64,000 nucleotides of DNA from Candidatus Heimdallarchaeota archaeon (GTDB taxonomy: Archaea; Asgardarchaeota; Heimdallarchaeia; Heimdallarchaeales; Heimdallarchaeaceae), in assembly GCA_016840095.1 (NCBI GenBank), contig JAEOSZ010000111.1, positions 86,612 through 150,611 on the forward strand, written 5' to 3'. A program made the position numbers and the translations under genes. How positions within the stretch are numbered: position 1 is the first letter of the stretch; each line of letters starts with the position of its first letter. Below the pieces are notes generated by a model. It was not told the DNA's origin. It ran no database searches and saw only the letters and a program-made list of their open reading frames with translations. Below are positions 34,970 through 46,000 of this stretch, one piece after another.

Positions 34970-36892
34970 TTATTTCTCTCCCACATAGCCATCTCCAAAC
35001 CACTTGAAGATGATTTCATCCATACGTTGTTCTATGCTTTTCTCAATCTCACCATGAAATTTGCTTGGGATATTAACAAGGTTCAGGTTTTTCACTGTTT
35101 CATGTAAAGATCTTCTTTGATGAAAAGTATCTTTCCTTGTTATAATGACCATTCCAGTATCTTTTTCACCGAATTCAGCCAATATTACTATGTTTTCACC
35201 ATAATCTATTTTCATAACTTTTCCAATTTCACCTGCAAAAACTTCACTTATTATATCTTTTGCTGCTCTAACCATCCCACCAAATAACAATATATCATCA
35301 ACTATTTTTTCTGATTTTATATATTTCTTCAAAGGAATTCCGGATCTATGAAGTATTATGAGTTGATTTGGAGAAATTTCGATTGGATCTTCTCCTACAG
35401 TTATTTTATATCTGATTAAATTTACTAACTCTCTTATTGTTTTCTGAGTTTCTAAAATAATCTTTCTTTGTTCTGCTCTATCTTCTGTGCTCAAAATTGA
35501 TATAAATTTCTGATTAATATCTTCAAGAATGTTCTTAACTTCTTTTCTTTGTTGTGTTTCATTGGCAAACGTGTTAAAATCTTCAAGCAGTTTTGTACAT
35601 TTATCTAGTTGAACTTGATTTGGATTTGAAATATAATTGAAAAGATGAACCTGCAGTAAATCTAAAATTATTTTAGCACTAAGGTGATCCATTCTCTTTT
35701 CTCCAGCAACCTTTAGTGCTTGATTTAAGTAACTCAAAGCTTTTGCAATGTTTAATTTTTGTATTTCTTTTTTACCTAAGAGATAGGATATGTGAGGATT
35801 AGAATTTATTTCATCTTCATTCCGACCATCTAGAATGGATGTTAACACTTTATTGAAATCATCGATTTTTCCTTGTTCAATCAATAGTTCAGCTAAAGAA
35901 TAATCCACAAGATCATCTTTTGATCCAATTTCATCCAGTATTTCCTTTGATATAGAAAATTCCTGAATTGAGGTGGTGAATTCCCTTTTCTGAGCATATA
36001 TTTCTCCAAGATGGGAATGTGCAAGAGCTACTGATCTTCTATCTCCCCACCGTTCATACCAAGTTATCACTTCTAATAATCTCTTCAAAGCATTATCTAA
36101 TTTCCCTTCCATTCTCTCAACAACAGCTATGTTTGAAATAGCAGAAATCTTCCCTCTTTCCTTTTTAAGTTCTCTATAACTACTTTGAGCTTGTTCAAAG
36201 TATCTAATCGCTTCTCCCCAGTTTGCACCATATTTCTCCAGAATACCTAAAAGCATTTGAAATAGTGCTACGTAAATTCGATCACCATAGTTTTTTGCTT
36301 GATGCAAAAATTCTTTACACTTATTTTTTGAGATTTCAACGTTTTGTTCTATTCTCTCTAACCATAGTTTACCATAATTACAATTCAACAAAATTTCTTG
36401 GAAGATATCTTTCTTTTCACCTAATAGTAATGATTCTAGATTTTCACATAAATTCTGATAAATCTCTAATGACTCTTTTCTCTTACCCTGCCTATTCTTT
36501 AATCTGGCTATTCCGTGCATACTAAAAGTCTTGATGAAAACATCCTCTGAAGATTTCAATTCTGAAAAGATGATTTCTGCTGATTGGTAATCTCCTTTTC
36601 TGATATGTGCTATACCTTGCCAAAAAAGTAAATAAGCATTGTTTTTGTATTTTTGCAATTCTTGATTCAACATGTCAAATTTTGATAGATTATAGAGTAG
36701 CTTACCCAACATGAAAAGCAATATATCAGAAGGGGTTTCAATTTTATTACGAATATTATTTACAATTTCTAGCTGTTCATTCAAAGAATTTTTAGAGTAT
36801 TTCTGCGCAATTTTCACATATAAATCCCTTTCATCAGATGTCAGAAAACTTGTATAGTGATGAATTTCAGGGAATATTTGTGTTTCAACCAT
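34970..36892 (-). CDS. TPR-repeat protein with C-terminal longin/roadblock-like domain
   Basis: MalT-like TPRs (AISNIAVVERMEGKLDNA, ALAHSHLGEIYAQKREF); C-terminal LIILHRSGIPL...LLFGGMVRAAKDIISEVF. Confidence 0.75.
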   Translation of the reverse strand: MVETQIFPEIHHYTSFLTSDERDLYVKIAQKYSKNSLNEQLEIVNNIRNKIETPSDILLFMLGKLLYNLSKFDMLNQELQKYKNNAYLLFWQGIAHIRKGDYQSAEIIFSELKSSEDVFIKTFSMHGIARLKNRQGKRKESLEIYQNLCENLESLLLGEKKDIFQEILLNCNYGKLWLERIEQNVEISKNKCKEFLHQAKNYGDRIYVALFQMLLGILEKYGANWGEAIRYFEQAQSSYRELKKERGKISAISNIAVVERMEGKLDNALKRLLEVITWYERWGDRRSVALAHSHLGEIYAQKREFTTSIQEFSISKEILDEIGSKDDLVDYSLAELLIEQGKIDDFNKVLTSILDGRNEDEINSNPHISYLLGKKEIQKLNIAKALSYLNQALKVAGEKRMDHLSAKIILDLLQVHLFNYISNPNQVQLDKCTKLLEDFNTFANETQQRKEVKNILEDINQKFISILSTEDRAEQRKIILETQKTIRELVNLIRYKITVGEDPIEISPNQLIILHRSGIPLKKYIKSEKIVDDILLFGGMVRAAKDIISEVFAGEIGKVMKIDYGENIVILAEFGEKDTGMVIITRKDTFHQRRSLHETVKNLNLVNIPSKFHGEIEKSIEQRMDEIIFKWFGDGYVGEK

Positions 36893-36893
36893 T

Positions 36894-37544
36894 TTAAAGC
36901 TCCGAATGCTTTTTCTTGTAGAAGGGACTATTTCTTTTTAGAGGAATTATATTGAAAGCTTCTGCATATTCTGTAGCTGCTTGAGCTCCTCTCATCTTTG
37001 TTCTACTCTTGTGAAAGTCTATGTAAAAATTCTCTCCACCTTTAGATAATTGTGATTCATAGCATTTTATTGATTGTTCTTTTTTCTCATAATACTCGCT
37101 AATATCTACTAAAATGTGTGGATTGGGAATCAAAATAGTTGTTTCAGCAACATACAGTTTGGAAACAAGATGAGAATTATCATACTGTGTTTCATGAGCT
37201 GCCCACTCAATACCTTCTAATGCGATTTTGAATGTTGTTCTGTGATCAATATGGTAATCGTTCTCTAAGTGAGTTATTACTATTTCGGGTCGAAAGTCAA
37301 GAAGATAGGAAATGAAATCTTTTATTAATTCTGATTCTTTGCTTTTAACATCAGGATAATCAAAAATCACAGGTTTCTGGACACCTAACACTTTAGTTGC
37401 ATTAAGATACTCCTCTTTTCTGACTGAATCAGAAGAAAGACAAAGTGTGCTGACTTCATTGCCTAAAGCTACATATTTTGCTATGGTTCCACCAGAACTT
37501 AATGCTTCATCATCTGGATGAGCGAATACAAATGCTATTTTCAC
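36894..37544 (-). CDS. PIG-L/LmbE N-deacetylase, candidate BshB
   Basis: FAHPDDE..SGGTIAKY, R.EE, PEIVITH...HIDH, VDISEY...K..I.CYESQ, RGAQ...YAEAF. Confidence 0.8.
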   Translation of the reverse strand: MKIAFVFAHPDDEALSSGGTIAKYVALGNEVSTLCLSSDSVRKEEYLNATKVLGVQKPVIFDYPDVKSKESELIKDFISYLLDFRPEIVITHLENDYHIDHRTTFKIALEGIEWAAHETQYDNSHLVSKLYVAETTILIPNPHILVDISEYYEKKEQSIKCYESQLSKGGENFYIDFHKSRTKMRGAQAATEYAEAFNIIPLKRNSPFYKKKHSEL

Positions 37545-37599
37545 AATTGTGTTAATGAAACAGAATATAAAAAGAATTCCAAGAACACTAGACTTGAAT

Positions 37600-38613
37600 T
37601 CATTCTTCTAAATATTTTACTACTTCAATACCTGCTTTATAACCATCTCCTATAAGAATAGGAGTGTAATCCAATTCTCCCTTAATGGTTCCAGCAGCAA
37701 ACAAACCTTCTATATTTGTTGAATTATTTATTTGTGTGTTAATGAACCCATCTTCAGTTGTTGAAATATTAAGTTCTTCAAAAATTGATAAATCTGGTTT
37801 ATCCTTTAGCTCTATGAATACACCATTTACTGAAAGTTCTTTCATCTCACTTTCTTCTTGATACCTTAATCCTTCTACATTTTGACTTCCAAAGATTTCC
37901 ACAGTATCAAGATTAACATTATTTCTTATTGTGATGTTAGAAGCTGCAGTTAGTTTCTTTAGAAATCTTTTATCGCAACCTAACTCATCATCTGGACATA
38001 GAAGAGTTACTTTCCTACAGTACTTTCTTAGAAAAAGAGCTCCTCTAGCTACAAAATTACCTGTGCCTATAATTACAACCTTTCTTCCTCGAAAGAGAGC
38101 TCCATCGCAGACAGCACAATGTGAAACACCTTTGTGAACAAAAACCTCTTCTCCTTTTATTGTGTGATGAAGTTCTGGAAGACCGGTTGATATTATAATT
38201 GATTTAGCTTCAATTGATTTTTCTTCAGTGTTGATAATGAACTTATTTTCTTCTTTAGATACAGATTTGACCATTTCATTAGTAATGTTCAATACTGGAA
38301 CAACTTGATTAACATCTGACATGATTTCTTCTTTAGGAATTTCTTCTGCAGAATCAGAAGATATTTTGTCTTGAATAAACTCTAAGTTGAGACTCTGCAC
38401 TTGGTCAACGATTTGTTGGATAAAATCAACACCAATAATTTTGCTAATACCTGGCAGAGTTTCTAATTCTCCTTTCTTTGCTGTATTTGAATCGAATGGA
38501 ATACCAAACAATTTAATCTTTAAATCAGGATTTTTACTATATGCAGCAATAGCTGCTGATAAACCAGTAGCACCTGAACCAATAATAGCCAAATCACAAT
38601 TCTCTGCATCCAT
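37600..38613 (-). CDS. Thioredoxin reductase-like flavoprotein with degenerate NADPH-binding motifs
   Basis: IIGSGATGLSAA; GVSHCAVCDG (CxxC); GTGNFVARGA and LLCPDD replace GGGNSA and HRR; GLFAAGT. Confidence 0.82.
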   Translation of the reverse strand: MDAENCDLAIIGSGATGLSAAIAAYSKNPDLKIKLFGIPFDSNTAKKGELETLPGISKIIGVDFIQQIVDQVQSLNLEFIQDKISSDSAEEIPKEEIMSDVNQVVPVLNITNEMVKSVSKEENKFIINTEEKSIEAKSIIISTGLPELHHTIKGEEVFVHKGVSHCAVCDGALFRGRKVVIIGTGNFVARGALFLRKYCRKVTLLCPDDELGCDKRFLKKLTAASNITIRNNVNLDTVEIFGSQNVEGLRYQEESEMKELSVNGVFIELKDKPDLSIFEELNISTTEDGFINTQINNSTNIEGLFAAGTIKGELDYTPILIGDGYKAGIEVVKYLEE

Positions 38614-38740
38614 ATCAATACACTACTATTAAAATAAAAAAACTTTGTTGATAAGGAAAAGTCGAACATCAAAGTATTGACAAAAGATTATTTTTGAAAA
38701 TAAAAAATGAAAAATAAAAGATGAAAAAGGAAAAAAGGGC

Positions 38741-38956
38741 TTAGTTGTCTACAATAAAGTAGAATACTGACCTCATATCGTTTAAATTACTTCTCTTAAT
38801 TATTAACCCTAACTCAATCAATCTTCTTAGGGCATATCTTGCAGTTCTTGCAGGGATTGCCGAAGCTTTAATTAGTTGCTTTTGAGTTAGTGGACCCTTT
38901 TTTTCCAAAATAGAAAGAAGTTTTTTTCCCGAAACTGGTATTTCTTCATCTGCCAT
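38741..38956 (-). CDS. Small winged-helix (MarR-like) DNA-binding protein
   Basis: LEKKGPLTQKQL...PARTARYALRRLIELGLI...DMRSVFY. Confidence 0.85.
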   Translation of the reverse strand: MADEEIPVSGKKLLSILEKKGPLTQKQLIKASAIPARTARYALRRLIELGLIIKRSNLNDMRSVFYFIVDN

Positions 38957-38986
38957 ATTTGTTATCCCCTTGCTTAGTAAGTAATA

Positions 38987-39066
38987 CGGATAAGCTACTC
39001 TTATAAAAGCAATCTCAGTATTTTATCCGCGATTGCTAGAGAGTTTCTAGAGGATTTATCCGCGAT
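38987..39066. promoter_or_regulatory. Candidate operator repeats: TTTATCCGCGAT x2, plus an inverted TTATCCG half-site
   Basis: Exact 12-mers at 39022-39033 and 39055-39066 (33-bp period); CGGATAA at 38987-38993; located upstream of the wHTH gene. Confidence 0.55.
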
Positions 39067-39271
39067 ACACTGTTTGATATTTTACTTTTATTCTAACGTA
39101 ATATCGCACTAATACACAGCTAATTTTTTAGTGCTAAGAAGATAAGTGCTAAATGGCTATTTAAACTCATAAGATTTCTGATGACAAATTGCTCTCTTTA
39201 GTTTATTTTTGGTTAAATCATAATAAAGCTTATAATGGTTAAACAGTCATATGTTTCTTTAGTGAGGTCTT

Positions 39272-39730
39272 GTGAGTCACAAAGTTGAAAGTTCTCCAGA
39301 AATATACCATTTAGCTAATCAGCTACAAAGAATCAACTATCTTGGGAATGTACAGACCATTCAAATCGAATTTGAATTTATACCTGAAGATAAGAAAGTT
39401 GAACTTGACGATATGTTTCAAGACTCAACAGGTATTGGAAAATTTAAGTCTGATTTGATAATTCTTGAACAGATTTCTGGAAGAGATATGTTGGAAATCA
39501 TAAATACACTCCATAATATTAGTTTGATATTTGGTGATCTTTCAATCATAGATGGAATAACTTCGTTAGTTGAAGTAAGTTACAAAGGAGAAACGTACTT
39601 TGTAGTTGTTGCATATAACCCTTCAACCAGTGGTTTGGAGTTAATTTCAACATCAGAGAGTAAATTATATTTTGAGTTACTAAATTTTATTAGAACCAAA
39701 TGGGCTCTTTCAAAGACTTTCATCAAATGA
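39272..39730 (+). CDS. Hypothetical protein
   Basis: GTG start with GAGG upstream; 152 aa. Confidence 0.65.
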   Translation: MSHKVESSPEIYHLANQLQRINYLGNVQTIQIEFEFIPEDKKVELDDMFQDSTGIGKFKSDLIILEQISGRDMLEIINTLHNISLIFGDLSIIDGITSLVEVSYKGETYFVVVAYNPSTSGLELISTSESKLYFELLNFIRTKWALSKTFIK

Positions 39731-39747
39731 TGGAATTGAATCCATTT

Positions 39748-40851
39748 TCATTCAACCAGTTTATCACTCAAAATTTGTTTCAGAAGCTTAACTTTAATTT
39801 GTACATCCTCATCTTCAAGTTGCTTCTTCTTGTTTTCTACTTTCTCGCTTATGTCATAGAGAATGTAGGAAGCAACATGAAAATCTACAGTTAACCCTTT
39901 GGAATAAAGATCCTGTAGTACAAAATCAGACCCCATTTTTGATAAAGCAAAATTATATCCCTTGAGAAATGCTATAATGTCCTTTTTTGTTTCATCAAAG
40001 TTTTTGTATTTCTGAAATTCTTTAATTAAAGGTTTAGCAAAAAAAGTTCCTATATCTTCTGCTCTATCTCTGCCTGGCATGATAAATTCTGGATCAATGA
40101 TATACACTTTTATTTTTGGAGGAAACTCTTCAGTAATCTCACTCCCAGCTGAAGTAACATCTGAAGAAAATAATAGATTCCCTTGGTGAAAATCTCCATG
40201 AATTAGAGTTGAACCAAGAGATTCTTCTAAGGAAAGAAAAGAAGGAAGCATTAAATCCAAAATTTCTGATTCTAAAGAAGTGTCATTCAGAGTAGACAAA
40301 AGATACAATACTAGCTTCTTGTAAGGTTCTGTAGCAAATTTATTAGTTTCAACACCATGGATAGTTGATAGAGTCTGACCTGCTAATTGATGTTTAAAAT
40401 TCTTGTCGAGACTTGTCTCTCTAAAACTTTTTCCTGTAATCCCTTCGTAGATAATGCATCTATTTGAGTGACTCTTATAAATAATTTCAGGGATGTAAAT
40501 ACCAGGAAATCTTTCAGTTGTTTTGGAGATTATATCATAATTCTTTATTTCTTTGTTGTATCTCACATCGTCTGCTGAAAACTTTACAACCAGGTTAATT
40601 GACTGTTCTCCAATATCAGTATTCAGATAATATGTTACGAAATGTACTTTAGATTTAGAGGTTCCTTTCTCAATTGAATTAACTTCCTTTATGGATATCA
40701 AAGAAGGTAATTCACCAGTAGTTTCGAAAATCTGTGATTTGAAATATGAGTCAAGACTCTCTCCAATTGTTGTAAGAATTATTCTTAGTTTTTGTTTCTT
40801 TCTAACTGAATCAGGAGAGAAGGATTCTGTTTTCTCATTCAAAAGACTCAC
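39748..40851 (-). CDS. APH/choline-kinase-like phosphotransferase (protein-kinase-like fold)
   Basis: VVKF, E..NY, IYE, IHGDFHQGNLL (Brenner motif), IIDPEF, EDIG. Confidence 0.82.
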   Translation of the reverse strand: MSLLNEKTESFSPDSVRKKQKLRIILTTIGESLDSYFKSQIFETTGELPSLISIKEVNSIEKGTSKSKVHFVTYYLNTDIGEQSINLVVKFSADDVRYNKEIKNYDIISKTTERFPGIYIPEIIYKSHSNRCIIYEGITGKSFRETSLDKNFKHQLAGQTLSTIHGVETNKFATEPYKKLVLYLLSTLNDTSLESEILDLMLPSFLSLEESLGSTLIHGDFHQGNLLFSSDVTSAGSEITEEFPPKIKVYIIDPEFIMPGRDRAEDIGTFFAKPLIKEFQKYKNFDETKKDIIAFLKGYNFALSKMGSDFVLQDLYSKGLTVDFHVASYILYDISEKVENKKKQLEDEDVQIKVKLLKQILSDKLVE

Positions 40852-40926
40852 TTTCTAAACCAATTATTAAAAACAAGTAAAAACCCACTGAAAAACTTAC
40901 CTCTAATTTCTTCTCTCTTTCCCCAG

Positions 40927-41310
40927 TTATATTAGAAGATTTAGTGGATTTAACATTCCGATTATTTTGTCTCCGTCTACTACAATAAGATGATTGATTT
41001 TGTGTTCTTTCATTTTTAATAATGCAGATGAAATAGTTTCATGAGCACTGATTTTTATTATTGGAGTTTGCATGACTTCTCGAACTTTAACTTTTTTCAA
41101 TTCCTTATCTTCAGAAATGACTTTTATAATATCCTTACTAGTGAGAATTCCTATTGCATTTCCATTATCTGCAACCAGCAAAGATCCAACATCAAAATCT
41201 GCCATAATTGATGTGGCTTCGTAAAGATTTTTTGATGATTTTATATACAAAATTCCTTTTGTCATTACACTCGAAACTGGGTCATCAATTTCGTAGGTTC
41301 TAAGTGTCAT
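40927..41310 (-). CDS. CBS-domain pair protein
   Basis: VMT...VGSLLV..GILTSKDI; VREVM..P...M..HKINHLIVVD. Confidence 0.92.
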   Translation of the reverse strand: MTLRTYEIDDPVSSVMTKGILYIKSSKNLYEATSIMADFDVGSLLVADNGNAIGILTSKDIIKVISEDKELKKVKVREVMQTPIIKISAHETISSALLKMKEHKINHLIVVDGDKIIGMLNPLNLLI

Positions 41311-41410
41311 CAGTATTATCTAGAACATTTAGAAGTTAAAGATTTTGTATAATGCAATAAAATTAAGACAAGCGATAAAGATAATTACCCTTCAATTAAT
41401 ACTGTTCTTG

Positions 41411-42964
41411 ATGGATAAATCTGTAAAAATAGTTCATTTCAGTGACATACACTTCTCTCCTCGTCTCCAATTCATAAGAGATAGTTATGACGAAGCAGTA
41501 TCTGTCATTAATCAAACTCCTCATGACTTTGCAGTTTTTTCAGGAGATCTAACTCAAGATGGGTTGAAGGATGAATATGAACTGGCTAATAAACTAAGGA
41601 GAGACATCATCTCACCTAAAATTTATTGGATCATCGGAAACCATGATTCACGTTCAGGAGGATTCGAAGTATGGGAGGAAAGTATAGGCCCAAGAGAGTT
41701 TCATGAATTCTCAGATGATATACTCTTCATTGGTTTAGATTCTTGTATTCCTGATCGTGATGGTGGAAGATTTGGGAGAGAAGCTCTTGATTATACCAAA
41801 AAAATTCTTATGAAATATGGTGATGCAAAATTAAAACTTGTAGGTTTTCACCATCATATCTTACCAATTCCTAAGACAGGAAGAGAAAGATCTAATGCTA
41901 TTGATGCTGGTGATATGCTCTCAGTTCTTTTAGATCATAATGTTGATGCAGTTTTTACAGGACACAAACATCATCCTAATGTTTACAAAGTAGAAGATAC
42001 AATAATAATCTCTGCTGGAAGCGTTTCAAGCTACAAGACTCGCAGTGGAGGACCAAGATCATTCAATTATGTTGAAATAACACCAGAAAGAGAAGTTAAA
42101 GTAAAGATAATGAAAACAGATGGAGCTACAATCAAAAATGAGTTAAAAACAATAACCAGACGATTTAGAATGGTTGATTCTACTGGTGGAATCTGGTTAA
42201 GGCTAGCTCAAATCGCAGGAACAGATTTTGGAGTAGGAAATAATAGACAAGAAGAGCTGTTTCAAAAAGGAGTTGATCTGATTAATACAACCAACCCAGA
42301 TTTGATCATTCATTGTGGTGATATGACAGCTAATGGTCGAACATCCGATTATGAATCTGCAGTTGAAGCTTTATCTGTTTATTCTGACAAACTAATTTTC
42401 TGTCCTGGACCAAACGATTTGAGAGGTTTTGGGGAAACGCTACTGCATAAGTATTTTGATATAGAAAACATAATAGAAAAAAATAACTCATCATTTTATG
42501 TTTTGAATACATCAGCTCCAGAAACAAAAATTGGTGTAGTCGGTAGAACAACTCAGAATAGACTTGAGAAATATGTTTATCATACAAAACAGCTTTCACA
42601 GGATAAATTCCATACTGTTCTTATGCATCATCATCTTATTCCCATACCTGGGAGGAGAGAAATATCAGCTCTAGAAGATGCTGGAGATGTCTTACGTTTA
42701 CTCTCGGATACTGGAGTCAACCTTGTTCTTAGTGGTCACTTAGGAAGAGCTTTTTGTACAAGAGTTGAAAAAACAGCTTTTGTAAATTGCAATACCCTTT
42801 CTTCTCAACAAACAGCTTCTTCTGAAAATAGTTTCAATTTAATTGATATTTCGACAGAAGGTGCAATAGTAGTTTCCGAAATTAATGTTCCATCTGGTTT
42901 TAGAAGGATTCTAGGGATTTTTCCCGGAATAGTTGCCGACAAAAATACAGAAGATGATAAATAA
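41411..42964 (+). CDS. Tandem two-domain metallophosphoesterase (Icc/CpdA-like)
   Basis: Domain 1: SDIH, SGDLT, GNHD, HHH, GHKH. Domain 2: degenerate AGTD, CGDMT, GPND, HHH, GHLG. Confidence 0.85.
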   Translation: MDKSVKIVHFSDIHFSPRLQFIRDSYDEAVSVINQTPHDFAVFSGDLTQDGLKDEYELANKLRRDIISPKIYWIIGNHDSRSGGFEVWEESIGPREFHEFSDDILFIGLDSCIPDRDGGRFGREALDYTKKILMKYGDAKLKLVGFHHHILPIPKTGRERSNAIDAGDMLSVLLDHNVDAVFTGHKHHPNVYKVEDTIIISAGSVSSYKTRSGGPRSFNYVEITPEREVKVKIMKTDGATIKNELKTITRRFRMVDSTGGIWLRLAQIAGTDFGVGNNRQEELFQKGVDLINTTNPDLIIHCGDMTANGRTSDYESAVEALSVYSDKLIFCPGPNDLRGFGETLLHKYFDIENIIEKNNSSFYVLNTSAPETKIGVVGRTTQNRLEKYVYHTKQLSQDKFHTVLMHHHLIPIPGRREISALEDAGDVLRLLSDTGVNLVLSGHLGRAFCTRVEKTAFVNCNTLSSQQTASSENSFNLIDISTEGAIVVSEINVPSGFRRILGIFPGIVADKNTEDDK

Positions 42965-43028
42965 ATTCCAAGAATCCATAAGCCTTTGTCGAAGGATTTT
43001 TTAAACTTAATAGAATGTATAAATTATA

Positions 43029-46000
43029 ATGAAGCTTCCTTATGTAGTACGTAAACTAAGAAAGTTTACAATATACTCGATTGCATTTTATGTGCTTATT
43101 TTGGTAATGTTTTCACCCGTTCCACAGATTTTTGCAGCATCATCTTCTGCAGGAAATCCTTGGTTCTGTGATGATTCAAACTTGTTAGAGAGAGAAATAG
43201 GAACAGAGATCATCCTTGTAGATCCAGCTATAAAAAGGGATATACGTCCAGAAGAAGCTGGATTTTCTTATACTCCTCAAACACAAACAGGTGATACTAG
43301 TAATCAATTCTCAACTACTGATTATCTTGAAGTAAATCACAATGAAGTCTTCAATTTAACAAACTTCGATGATACAGGAAAAATAAATAACAGTTATTCA
43401 ATCTCCAGTATTTCTGGGTATACAAATGATTCTTTAAATTATGGAATAACTGAAATGAAATCTATAGATGATTATTACACAATTGAAGATGAATATGATG
43501 GAGCAATAACATTCGCAACAGGTAGTGTTTATACCTTGGCTCAAGCTTTTGATGTAAATTGGGATTACGCATTTTATTATGGAAGTGAACTACTACTTGC
43601 ATATGACACAGGTGCCTTACCTTCATTAGAAGATTATGAGCTTTCCTTGCATTTAGTCGGAGAATCTGGTGGAGATCCAGATATGAGCAATATTATAAGT
43701 AATTGCACCTCAAACCCTTTCTCTCAATCCAATCAATATGCAGGCCTTGGTTTCGAGTTCTTTGATTTTACAGATGTTCGATTAACAAAGGGTACTTATT
43801 TCATTGTGGCTAACTTGTCAAAAGTTGATACAGATGATGCTCCAAAACATTTTCAATGGGCTAAAAATGACCATTCTTCTGATGGTGTTGATAATGGTAA
43901 AACAGTTACAAGAAATCTTCTTTTTCCAGGAACTTGGAGTGTTGCTACATCATATGATCTTACGCTAATAAACTCACTTTATCCTGTTGATAGTAATAAT
44001 AATTCAATAGTCTTTACTGATCCAGATGAGATAAATTTACAAGATAATGGAGACAGTGTTAGTATAACAACTGAAATTATCTCAAGTTTAGGAACACATG
44101 AACTCACCTCTAATACTTCAATTCAAATTTCTTTCAGTAACACATATACATTCGCAAAAACACAGAGTGGAGGAAGTGTAAATGCTGAATTCTCTGCAAC
44201 AAATGCATCTTTCTGGTCTTATAGTATAGATTGGAATATAACTTGGAATACAGGATTGGTAGATATATCACCCTATTCAAATCTCGTTAGATATCAGATA
44301 GTTTATACACCAACTGATTGGCATGATACAATTTTTGATTTCTACTACAATGGTTCATCAATGCCATCCACTTCAAGAGTTTCTCAAGGTTATCAGATTG
44401 ATTTAGGTTCTAGTGTTTCGCCTGGTGATTGGCGATTGAGTACTAATAGTCCGAACTATCTAAATGATCTTCAGTTGTTAGATGATACAACACCTTCTGA
44501 AAGATTTTTACTTGGCTATTGGATAGGTGGAACCACAGATTCCACAGGTTATGTTGGTTCTAAAATTGTTGCTAATACTTTAGTGCAAGGAGACGGAGGA
44601 GGAACTCCATATAATGAAACAACAGGAAGCTTGAATTATACATTATATGATATAGATGGAAATATTATTCCATTGAAGAGTTCATTACCTGCTAACTTAA
44701 TTTATACTGATACAACTTCATACACTCTTTCTGGAGTAACTCAAGTTAGTGCGGGATATTATACCCCAGAAATATACTTTGATCCTTCAGCAAGTGGATC
44801 TGATTTACCTGGTTTTTGGACTGCAGCTGTTATGTGGCAAAATGGTACAGAAGTTGGTTTCTATTCTCAAAGAATAGTTGTACAAACACAAACCGAACTA
44901 GTTTTAGAATGGGAAGAAGAACCATTTGGAAGTTGGGTAACTTCTGACATAACCAGAAAGGGATTAGATTCAATTTTAGTAAGGGGTTCATATTATAATA
45001 TTAGTGAACCCTATACAACTGGAGTTAAGAACATAATTCCTTCAGCAACTGTAACTTACACAGTCAGTAATGCTTCTTGGAACAAAAATGATGTTTTCAA
45101 TGACTATGCTCCAGATTATAATGCTTCAATATTAGTTGATACAAGCATGGATGTAGGAACCTATACAGTTGATTTCCTTGGAACTGGAGCTTTTCTTGAG
45201 AACAATTCAACAAGCTTCACTTTAACAGTTTTCTATGAACTTGATCTCATTGCTGAATACACTCACTATGAGACAAACTACACGAACAATGTGATATTTT
45301 ATTTGAATCTATTTGATGTGACTGCTTCAGTAAATTTGAGTTTATCACCTAACGATATGACTGTATTCATAAGAAATGGAACAGATTTTGAATTGTTTAA
45401 TCCAGCTGATTATTCATTTAATTACCAAGCATCAACAGAACAGTGGATACTTGATTTCAGTACATCAACAAATAATCTTGCTATTGGTTCATATAATGTA
45501 GAAGTATCAATACTATTGAATAACTACAGAGAAAGTTACTCAGATGATTATGTGTCAGACACTTATACTTTTGAGATTAAAGCTCCTAAAACAGAAATAC
45601 AGGAAATAAGTTATGCAACTTCAATCTATCTTTATCATGATGCAGTTTTTACATTTAATTATGTAGACACAAATCACTCAATTGACTTGGTTACAACAAC
45701 TTATTCAGGTTCAGCAAGTGTAGCCAATGTGGATGTAGCTATTGTTGAAGCACTTGGTGTTTATACTGTAACTGTAACCAATAACAATCCATCAGTTAGT
45801 TCTTTTGATATCTATATTGATATTAGTTTAACAAATTATGAGGCTTTTACAAGCCATCTCTTAGGAAGTCTAACTGTTTTAACAATTGAAACTAGTTTAA
45901 CAGATGTATTGGTACCAACTGAAGTATATGTGGGGTATGTAACATCAATTGTTGTTTATTTTGAAGATACAACACATTCTGAAGCAATCAATGAAATTGG

